Below are positions 38,442 to 48,236 of a stretch of 48,236 nt of DNA, piece by piece. Position numbers and translations under genes: made by a program. Positions within the stretch are counted from its first letter, which is position 1, and each line of letters begins with the position of its first letter. The notes under the pieces are model-generated. The model was not told the origin of the DNA. It did no database searches and was given only the letters and a program-made list of their open reading frames with translations. The DNA lies in the NCBI RefSeq assembly GCF_001194135.2, contig NC_068993.1, positions 28,235,729 through 28,283,964 of the forward strand, given 5' to 3'. This DNA is from Octopus bimaculoides (lineage: Eukaryota).

Positions 38442-38640
38442 TTGTGTCTGTGTTTGTCCCCCTACCATCGCTTGACAACTGATGTTAGTGTGTTTACGTC
38501 CCCATAACTTAGCGGTTCAGCAAAAGAAACCAATAGAATAAGTACTAGGTTTACAAAGAATAAGTCCTAGGGTCGATTTGTTCAACTAAAGGCAGTGCCC
38601 CATCATGGTCACAGTCAAATGACTGAAACAAATAAAAGAA
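38103..38640 (+). mobile_element. Composite SINE spanning gap 38269-38404
   Basis: Head, N/(TA)n spacer, 3' module. Confidence 0.85.
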
Positions 38641-38699
38641 TACAGGAATATATATATAGATAGATAGATATATGTATGTATGCATATATATACATTGAT

Positions 38700-40290
38700 A
38701 CTTTGATAGGTTTCGGCCAGTATTGGCCCAGACCATGGCTAACTTAATAGCACCACCTGGTATAGATATATGTATATCCACAAACACACATCCACACGTC
38801 AAAGTCACTAACCCCTAATCCACACCTTTGTTTTAGGTTCTGCAGTACTTTATTATCTCTCCTTCTTCCTAGATCTTCTGCCAAACTATTTTTTCCCAAC
38901 CAGTCGCCATGATTGATCGCTAAATCCACAAGTTTTTTTTTTTTTATTCTCTCTTTGTTTATTTCTTCATATTCCAAGACAACATTGGTATTATTCCAAA
39001 TCGAATAAAATGGTGTAAATCTCATCAGGGAAAGAAAGAAACCAAACCCATCAATAAGACATTTTAACAGAATGTAATGAATGTGTATAATGATGAACAG
39101 AACACTTTTAAGTTCTTTTTAAAAAATACATTAGTAGATATAACGTCAAAGGTAGCCTATAGAAAGAGAAGGGGTAAAAGAAAGGAATAAGCAGAAAACT
39201 AATAAAGGAGAAATATAGAGTGATATGTGAATTAAAATAAAAGCTTAAAGACTTGTAAATAGATATATCTAATGGAAGTGAAGTGTAAGAAGAAAATCAA
39301 TGTTCAAATTATATAGAATGGTAGAAATCACTTATATGATAAGCATGTTCTTTAAACGTGTTTACAAGGGGATTCTTAGAAAATAGAATATAAAAGAACT
39401 CACTATTACAGATTTGGCAGAATTCTTTGCCTTTATCGTATGGGAATGCAATGTAGAGAATCAACCAATCTAAATTAAATTGTTTACTATGATCTTTTAG
39501 ATACCAAATTAATTTACTAAGCCTTGTACTGTTGCATTTATTACTATCCCTAAATGTAAAGTAATGATTAGAAATTCTTTTAGATAACTGAAGAAGAACT
39601 ACCTATATAAAAAAAGACATTGGTACCGGAAGTAATTTTACACTGGTATATAGAGTTTTTAGTCTTAGAATTACTAGACATAAACTTAATTCTGTTGGAA
39701 TGGACTGCAGAGACAATAACCTTGTTGTTAATATTACTAGGGGAATGGTTAGTATTAGCTAAATTAATGTTAATATTTTCAGTATACTATCCATGCTATG
39801 AATTTCCTTGGTGATATTTTGAAGATACCTCAGATGTTTATTCCTTAGGGGATGAATGGTGAAATTTTACATTCCTCACGATAGACCAGACATCATCTTC
39901 AAACTGCTTCAATCTTGGGTTAGGTGGAGGATTGTTTTTATATTTAAATAATTTTTTAAAATTCAGAAGTTAGATCATTAGTGGGCTGTTGAATGCCCTT
40001 ATTGTCGAAGAAAAAAGTGAGCCATCTTATACAGTTAATATAGGAATTTGTCATACTATTCTTTTTGGAATAATACCAAATGTTGTCTTCAAAACATATG
40101 TCGAAAGTAAAAGAATTTGAATAACACCTGCGTTTAACTCCATTTATTTATTTATATATATGATACAAAATATTTCACATCAACCCGCAGTTTCTACCTT
40201 TACAAACAGGTTGTTACTTCCTTTTTACTTGTGTGATTTGTTGCTGCCCTGGTAACTGTTTATCTATTTTTTCCGTGTTAATGGTAAACA
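38700..40290 (-). mobile_element. PLE derivative: N-terminal region + GIY-YIG, no RT, decayed
   Basis: Minus strand YYSKKN..CIRWLTFFF..PPPNPRLKQFEDDVWSIVRNVKF, then NSIYQCKIT..FYIG..KRISNH..TF..STRLSKLIWYLKD..W.IL..CQICNSE. Confidence 0.75.
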
Positions 40291-40291
40291 A

Positions 40292-40687
40292 GGTGCGGGA
40301 GTGGCTGCGTGGTAAGTAGCTTGCTTACCAACCACATGGTTCCGGGTTCCGTCCCACTGCGTGGCACCTTGGGCAAGTGTCTTTTACTATAGCCTCAAGC
40401 CAACCAAAGCCTTGTGAGTGGATTTGGTAGACGGAAACTGAAAGAAACCCATCGTATATATCTATATATATATGTATGTGTTTGTGTGTCTGTGTTCCCC
40501 CCACCACCACAAACATTGCTTGACAACCGATGCTGGTGTGTTTATGTCCCTATGACTTAGCGGTTTGGCAAAAGAGACTGATAGAATAAGTACTAGGCTT
40601 ACAAAGAATAAGTCCTGGGGTTGATTTGCTTGACTAATGGCGGTGCTCCAGCATGGCCGTAGTCAAATGACTGAAACAAGTAAAAGG
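40292..40687 (+). mobile_element. Near full-length composite SINE
   Basis: A-box-like tggctgcgtgg, B-box-like gggttccgtccc, CORE-like caccttgggcaagtgtctt, (TA/TG) spacer, 3' module. Confidence 0.88.
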
Positions 40688-40699
40688 GTAAGGGAAAAA

Positions 40700-42150
40700 T
40701 ACACATCCATTTATATATACTTCTACCAGGTTTCCATATAACTTTCTTTAAAAAATAGTTACCACATATGGAGCTATTTAATATAAACGCATCTCTTAAG
40801 GATATACGCATTCCCCCAAAGAATGCTTTCCTTAAGCAACTCAGTAGTAAATCTAACATAGTTCACTCCATAATGAGACTTATTGATAAGCACTTGAACT
40901 TAAATAACAAATACTCAGGAATCTTTAAGAATAAAATTAGAGTAGGCCATAGCCTAACTAATAACCTAGCTACCGTTATAGCCTCAATCAACAACAATAA
41001 GCTAGACACCTTCTACAAGACTAGGAAAAATACCAACATAAACCACAACTGCCAACAGGCAAATGGAAAAAATCTTGTCCCTAATAACTCGTCCTCAAAC
41101 AACACGGACTATGACCTGATAAATAAAAGCCCCATTCAACATAACACAAGCACAGATAAACTGAATAATTTATGTGGTTGCAGGGACAGAAATAATCATA
41201 CAAAATCTTATATAGGAGCCACAAATAATGAAATGATACTTAGATACAATACCCACCAATCTACCTTTAGAAATAGAAATAAAGCAAACTCTACAGGACT
41301 TAGTAGCTACATCTGGGAATTAAAAGACAAAAATTCAACTATAGTTTAGAATGGCATATCCTAGCAAAAACTTTGTCTTATGCCATTAACAATAACTGCT
41401 GTGAGTTTTGTATAACACAAAAACTACTAATTTTAATGACCAAATCACCTCTACTCAAAAAAGGTATGAAAATAACATTTTTATTCACATAAAGGCCAAT
41501 TTGTATTCTTTAATTTTCGTTAAACCTGCTCATTTCTGTATACACCACTATCTCCTAGCTTAAATGTTATTAGCAGACCTACTTATCAGTGTATTACCTC
41601 TCCTTAACCTTCCCGAACCTAACTAGCTTACGCATATCCAACCCACATTATAAATAAATAAAAATAGTTATATCCTATGCTAGCCTACCCCAACCCACAT
41701 TATCAATAAATAATTAATATACTTAATCTACTTTCTACGCTAGCCTACCTTTTTCCTATAATTCTTTTCAGTCGAGAACTACCAACTCTTTTTACACACT
41801 AAATTACCCCTCTTCTATCTTTTTCTTTTCATTTCACTCGTCAAACCTAAATATTATTCCAATACTTTCCTTTTACACATTAAATCGTACTCCTGCTAGA
41901 TATAAAATTTACCCTTATTTAAGGCTTCCTCTGTAAATATACGAACTGTCCACAACCTATAAGTTAGGGACACATAGCTCCTATTAACCACACTGGATAT
42001 CCTTAATTAGGGATAACTAACTACGAGACTTCAGAGTCAACCAACCTCTATTCTTCAACTACCTCACAATGGATTTAGTGAACTTTGAACATTTCCTTTT
42101 CCAATTTTAGCACCAAAGATATTTGGTGTTTTTCCTCCATTTTCTGATCG
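40700..42150 (+). mobile_element. PLE derivative: N-terminus fused to linker and GIY-YIG region, no RT
   Basis: ORF 40768-41349 SLKDIRIPPKNAFLKQL / LIDKH..IFKNKIRVGHS / CGC..KSYIG..RYNTHQSTF..STGLSSYIWELKD; after a frameshift WHIL..CEFCITQKLLI. Confidence 0.8.
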
Positions 42151-42218
42151 TCTATATATATGTATACAGATATGTATGTATATATATATGTATACAGATA
42201 TGTATGTATATATATATG

Positions 42219-42259
<41 letters not shown>

Positions 42260-42924
42260 AGGTTTGGAGGTGATGTACAGGAATTATATATTAGAAAAAA
42301 TAAGGTACTCAGATATCTGGATGGTTGTACATTTATAGATTTTTATTAATATGTCACATGTTTTATAAATATTAGCGCTTGCACCTATTCTTGTAGGGTT
42401 TTCAAATATGATTTCACTTTCAGAGGGTGTCTCTTTTTATAGTATTATTGAATATGTAGGGGTGGAGAGAGATATATAGGATAGTAAAAGAGGGTGAGGA
42501 ATGGAGGGAAAAGTGAGAGAGAGTGTGTGTGAGTGTTTTTGTGTGTGTGCGTGCTTGTGTGTGTGTGTGCCTGTATATCTGAAAGGAGTGTCAATGGGAA
42601 AGAGAAGGAAAGGTGAGAGAAGAAAGAAGAAAATTGTGTTTACAGCAGGTCAGTTCTTTCAATGACATGTTTATTCTGGGCCTTTTTGAAAATGGCAAAA
42701 CCAGGTGACATTGTTTGGAAGAAAGTTGTTTTTCAAAAGGTTGGCACCATTGTCCAGTGGGGGAGAGTATGTGGGTGTGTTTTTGTGTGTGTGTGGAGAT
42801 ATGTGGAAGATTATTAACTAATCACAGTAAGAAACCTTGTTTGTTGACTTACTACTTTGTATATAAAATCTGTAGATAGAAATGGCAATAAGCTTATATA
42901 TATGTATGTGTGTGTATCTCAGCA

Positions 42925-43090
42925 AACTGAGTTCATATTACCCTTTGTCTTCACATATGTGAAGCCCCACTATGTGAACAAAAGCCTCTTTGGCATCAGG
43001 AATGGACGTCCACCTGTAGAAAACCTGTCTGATTGTCTCATCTGACCTATGCAAGTATGTAAAAGTTGACATTAAAATGATGATGAGGAG
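42925..43090 (+). mobile_element. Third SINE-like family with RTE-like tail, copy 1
   Basis: Matches 47430-47670 (cttcaca..gtgaag; ggcatcaggaatgg; catctgacctatgcaagta). Confidence 0.65.
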
Positions 43091-43094
43091 GACA

Positions 43095-43137
<43 letters not shown>

Positions 43138-43141
<4 letters not shown>

Positions 43142-43350
43142 TCATCATCATCATCATCATCATCTTCGTTTAATGTCCATCTTCCATGCATGCATGGGTA
43201 GGATGGTTGACAGGAGCTGACCAGGTAGAAAAACTACCCTAGGCTACTGTGTCTGTTTTGGAAGGGATTTTACAGCTGGATGCCCTATCTAACACAAACC
43301 GCTCCGCAGAGTGTGCTTTTTATGTAGCACTAGCACAAGTGAAGTTAGTT
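43138..43350 (-). mobile_element. RTE-type tail, antisense
   Basis: (CAT)n, tttaatgtccatcttccatgc, ggatgccct. Confidence 0.7.
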
Positions 43351-43358
43351 TTGGCATG

Positions 43359-43393
<35 letters not shown>

Positions 43394-43708
43394 NNNNNNN
43401 NNNNNNNNNNNNNNNNNNNNNNNNNNNNNNNNNNNNNNNNNNNNNNNNNNNNNNNNNNNNNNNNNNNNNNNNNNNNNNNNNNNNNNNNNNNNNNNNNNNN
43501 NNNNNNNNNNNNNNNNNNNNNNNNNNNNNNNNNNNNNNNNNNNNNNNNNNNNNNNNNNNNNNNNNNNNNNNNNNNNNNNNNNNNNNNNNNNNNNNNNNNN
43601 NNNNNNNNNNNNNNNNNNNNNNNNNNNNNNNNNNNNNNNNNNNNNNNNNNNNNNNNNNNNNNNNNNNNNNNNNNNNNNNNNNNNNNNNNNNNNNNNNNNN
43701 NNATATAC

Positions 43709-43758
<50 letters not shown>

Positions 43759-44039
43759 TCTAATATCAAACACTTTGCCACCCCTCGAATCTGGGTAAGT
43801 TTTTGGATATACTCCCATGAACTTATTGGATTCCCTAAACTACACAAATTTATATGCATTGTACATACAACTCTATGGACCAACTTGGACATCAAAAGTC
43901 TATGTAATCCCATAAATAATTATATGTGCATACTGAAACATGAACAAAATGCATGATGCAGGTGCGTTTGTATGTGTATATACATGCATATATGTGTGTG
44001 TATATATATGTGTGTGTGTGTATACATATAACATATATT

Positions 44040-44347
44040 TGTTTCCATCATGAGACTGTGGCCATGCTTTGGCACTTCCTTGAAGAATTTTAGTTAAATG
44101 AATCAACCCCAGTACTTATTCTACTAGTCTCTTTTGCTGAACACATAAGTTACAGGGAGCATACAACTGTTGTCAGGCGGTGGGGAACAGACACACATAT
44201 GATGGGCTTCTTTCCGTTTTTGTTTATCAAATCCACTTACAAGGCTTTGATCATCCCAAAGCTACAGGAGATGACACTTGCCCAAGGTGCCACACAGTGG
44301 GGCTGAACCTGGAACCATGCGGTGGAAAGCATATTTCTTACCACACA
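44040..44347 (-). mobile_element. Composite SINE, antisense
   Basis: Same modules as 12817-13200. Confidence 0.8.
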
Positions 44348-44926
44348 AGAAAATAAAAAAGAACAAAAATATGAATGTCACAACAGGATAATCTTAAACA
44401 ATTACCCATTTCTTATGTCTGTTACCAGTTCATTTCAAAGAAAATCAGTTCACTTCTTTAACTCAGCTGGATACCGAAAACTGTTACCTTATGGACTTAA
44501 TTTTAGATATATAGTAACATTACCACTGTCTTTACCCTGCTGCTTTTCAAGTCATTAAAAAAAGTTATTCTTATGTTTAAATGTCCATTTTTTTCTTAAA
44601 ATTCCAAACAAGTCTGTGGTTAAAGATCGAATATGCTGTTTCTTTATTCTTTATTTTTTATTTCTCTTAATTTGTTTTTGTTGTTATTTTCTCATTTGTA
44701 TCTGTGTATTTCCTTGTTCTTCTTTGTCAGAGGAATACTGGAAATAGTATTTGCTGTGGGTATAAAATGTGGAGAAACTAAAGATTATACAGCAGTGCTT
44801 TGACTTTGGTTACCTGGGGATGCACATGTATACAGATATTGATGAATCATATTAATGTAATATTGCATATAACATTCAGCAACTGACAGCTAATGATGAT
44901 ACATTGAAACAATTGTAATGATTTGT

Positions 44927-44932
44927 AATAAA
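44927..44932 (+). promoter_or_regulatory. Candidate poly(A) signal
   Basis: AATAAA with U/GU-rich sequence downstream, in non-repetitive DNA after a strong acceptor at 44730. Confidence 0.35.
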
Positions 44933-45650
44933 GCCTGTTCAATCCATCTTCTCATATTAAAATTTGTTTGTTTATACTCTATGGATATTTGCAGATTTTC
45001 ACTCGTATATCCACTAACAGAAGAAGTCTTATTATATAATAAACTTTGCTAGCCAATATCTGGAGACAAACTTTGGGAAGTGCACTATAAAGTTATTCCC
45101 AAGATTATATTAAAATATACTAGTGCAAGCATGCTATGTTTAAGATAATGTATTTTACATTGATTTGATATCGTATGTATTGTATATTCCTATAGTGTAT
45201 ATACATAAGTATACTATGGCATATATATGTGTGAAGAATGCTTACAAAACATGCAACATGAAGGAAACTTGAACATCAACAGTGGAAAATGTAAAATACA
45301 GGTATATGTTAAAAGAACATGCATTTATAATGCAATGAAAACTTAACTGCTAATAAATATTGCCAATAAATTTTAATATATATATATACACACACACACA
45401 CTTTGATGCATTTTTAATACAGTTGGTGTCTGTTACTAAACACAATATCATCATAAATACCATTATCTTATCTATGTTTATGCGTAGTGGAAAATTAAGC
45501 CTATCTAATTCGCATTATTGTCACTCTTTTGATGCAAACTAGATGAAAGAAGTGCATTGTTTGTTTATATATAACATGCAGTTATATAATCAAATATTGT
45601 TACATACAGAATGAAAGTGAAGTGAAGCCAGCCAGTAGGTAGATATTTAA

Positions 45651-46781
45651 CCCTTTCGTTACTAAGCCAGCCGTAGCCGGCCGAACGTACCCATTGTTAT
45701 TTAAATGTATATTTGAACCCAAATCTCGTTAGTACATTCGTTAAAACACCTGATTTCACTTTGCAAACAGTTGAGTTATTGTCTCCGACATTGTTTGGCG
45801 TNNNNNNNNNNNNNNNNNNNNNNNNNNNNNNNNNNNNNNNNNNNNNNNNNNNNNNNNNNNNNNNNNNNNNNNNNNNNNNNNNNNNNNNNNNNNNNNNNNN
45901 NNNNNNNNNNNNNNNNNNNNNNNNNNNNNNNNNNNNNNNNNNNNNNNNNNNNNNNNNNNNNNNNNNNNNNNNNNNNNNNNNNNNNNNNNNNNNNNNNNNN
46001 NNNNNNNNNNNNNNNNNNNNNNNNNNNNNNNNNNNNNNNNNNNNNNNNNNNNNNNNNNNNNNNNNNNNNNNNNNNNNNNNNNNNNNNNNNNNNNNNNNNN
46101 NNNNNNNNNNNNNNNNNNNNNNNNNNNNNNNNNNNNNNNNNNNNNNNNNNNNNNNNNNNNNNNNNNNNNNNNNNNNNNNNNNNNNNNNNNNNNNNNNNNN
46201 NNNNNNNNNNNNNNNNNNNNNNNNNNNNNNNNNNNNNNNNNNNNNNNNNNNNNNNNNNNNNNNNNNNNNNNNNNNNNNNNNNNNNNNNNNNNNNNNNNNN
46301 NNNNNNNNNNNNNNNNNNNNNNNNNNNNNNNNNNNNNNNNNNNNNNNNNNNNNNNNNNNNNNNNNNNNNNNNNNNNNNNNNNNNNNNNNNNNNNNNNNNN
46401 NNNNNNNNNNNNNNNNNNNNNNNNNNNNNNNNNNNNNNNNNNNNNNNNNNNNNNNNNNNNNNNNNNNNNNNNNNNNNNNNNNNNNNNNNNNNNNNNNNNN
46501 NNNNNNNNNNNNNNNNNNNNNNNNNNNNNNNNNNNNNNNNNNNNNNNNNNNNNNNNNNNNNNNNNNNNNNNNNNNNNNNNNNNNNNNNNNNNNNNNNNNN
46601 NNNNNNNNNNNNNNNNNNNNNNNNNNNNNNNNNNNNNNNNNNNNNNNNNNNNNNNNNNNNNATGTTGATAAATAAAAAGTTACAGGTGTTTAATGAGACT
46701 AGTTTAAATTCATGATTATTTTAGAATTTAATTGAAACTCATGAGGGGTGTATTTTGATCAGAAATATAGTAACGAGAGGG
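45651..46781. mobile_element. piggyBac-like non-autonomous element spanning gap 45802-46661
   Basis: TTAA|CCCTTTCGTTACT ... AGTAACGAGAGGG|TTAA: TTAA TSD, 13-bp TIR with 1 mismatch. Confidence 0.75.
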
Positions 46782-47429
46782 TTAATAACAATGTAATCTT
46801 AGAATTTCTCACGTTGAAAAGTAAAATACTAAAAGTATATTTACCATTGTTAAAGCAATGATATATTAATTCTTAGTAGAATGCTGGCAAAGCATGCAAC
46901 AGTTGAAAATATAGAATTTAAAGCAGACAGCTGTATAATGAAATACTGATTTCAAGCTCTGGCAGAAAGCCAGCAATTTTGGGGAGAGATAAGTCAATTA
47001 CATCGATCCCAGTGTTCAACTAGTTCTCGTTTTATTAACCCTGAAAGAATGAAAGACAAAGTTGAACTCAGAATATAAGGATGAATGAAATGCCATTAAG
47101 CATTTTGCTTAGTGCAGTAACAATTCTGCCAGCTTGCTGCCTTACTATAAGAGGAAATATTGTAAAGCAGTTATTAACAACATGCATTTAATATTACAAA
47201 ATAATGATGAATAAATGAAGAATATTAATTGAAAAAAAGACAATGAAACATAAGTTGTAATAATAAGAGCAAATCCTACTACCAAAAAAAGGTTCTAACA
47301 TAGTGTTGTCAGTGGCTAAAACAGACTTAAAACAAAATATTATTAGTATTAAAGATTTAGGAAGAAAACTCACATTATTAATGTAAGAAAAAGAGCAATG
47401 AAAATTTTTTAATGGCTTATACCACACAA

Positions 47430-47670
47430 ATAGTTCATATTACCATTTGTCTTCACAATTGTGAAGCCTCACTGTGCGAACAAAATTCTCTTTGTCCATG
47501 CAGATGAAAACATGTGCATTGTTTAATAGACTGGGGGATTATTACTTTGCTTGGAAATAGGTTAGAGTTGGCATCAGGAATGGCATTCACTTGTAGAAAT
47601 CCTCTCTGAGTGTTGTTTCATCTGACCTATGCAAGTACGGAAAAGTTGACATTAAAATATATTAAAATGA
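47430..47670 (+). mobile_element. Third SINE-like family, copy 2
   Basis: Matches 42925-43090. Confidence 0.65.
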
Positions 47671-47680
47671 TGATATATGT

Positions 47681-47738
<58 letters not shown>

Positions 47739-47950
47739 AATGAAGTTGTAGAGATATTCAAACATGCAATGTTTGCCAAGTAGAAATTCAAATGAAAGGT
47801 TGCACATGCACATATACTGTAATCTGGTCATGAATACTTCACTCCAGCCAGGGATAAGATAAAAGAGATTAGTGTATATCATTGCATTTGTGCTACCATG
47901 TAATTTTTAAAATAATATCAAATATATATATATGTATATATATATATATA

Positions 47951-48236
47951 TCTATACTATAAAAGGCAAATCTACTCTGTGTGTGTGTATGTTTAAAATT
48001 AATACATTTACACAATTCAAAATTTCTTTGATTAAACAATCGCAATTAATATTCTAAATACGATAAGTTAGGTCACTGCGTCATTTTTTCACTCCAAAAA
48101 TTTCCTAATAATGAATAAAATCCGTAAAACCACGGAGGTAAACATTTTCTCCCTAATAAAATCTAATTTCTTCTTTCTAATACAAATCCATTCAACTCCT
48201 ACTTTCTCTTATGAAGCTTTACGAAAAATCCAACAA
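47951..48236 (+). mobile_element. Possible Helitron 5' end
   Basis: TCTATACTATAAAAGGC start directly after (TA)n, a typical Helitron 5' pattern; runs off the window. Confidence 0.4.

Noticed and set aside
40292-40365. tRNA gene
   Set aside because: A/B-box-like motifs only, no cloverleaf, and it continues into the SINE body.
43755-43905. PLE RT fragment (LISN..LGKFLD)
   Set aside because: Too short and frameshifted to call. Noted because it lies near the RT-less elements, but nothing links it to them.
38082-46715. Long ORFs containing X runs (38082-38478, 43311-43913, 45713-46715)
   Set aside because: Artefacts of the N gaps at 38269-38404, 43394-43702 and 45802-46661 and adjacent (TA)n.

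Overview
This is AT-rich, microsatellite-dense eukaryotic DNA with three N-gaps. The SINE and LINE repertoire looks like an octopus (coleoid) genome; that is inference. The window holds the 3' part of one plus-strand Tec-family (Btk29A/TEC/BTK-like) tyrosine kinase gene. I could assemble nine coding exons by hand (1708-37658). All junctions are GT-AG, the phases are consistent, and the frame is open for 335 codons to a TAA, covering the SH2 C-terminal half and a complete kinase domain. The ORF track catches only two of these exons; most other ORFs are TE debris, microsatellite or gap artefacts. Introns and the 3' flank are filled with nested TEs: tRNA-head SINEs, RTE and R4/Dong LINEs, Penelope-like elements (PLEs), mariner, Tigger, MITEs, Helitron and Gypsy fragments. 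Best leads: two adjacent head-to-head PLE derivatives that keep the N-terminus and GIY-YIG region but have no RT; a hammerhead-ribozyme-like core in a palindromic PLE terminus; an 18-nt intronic copy of the DFG-encoding exon end; a Leu gatekeeper; and a candidate alternative last exon. No database searches or folding were run, so family names come from motif recognition.
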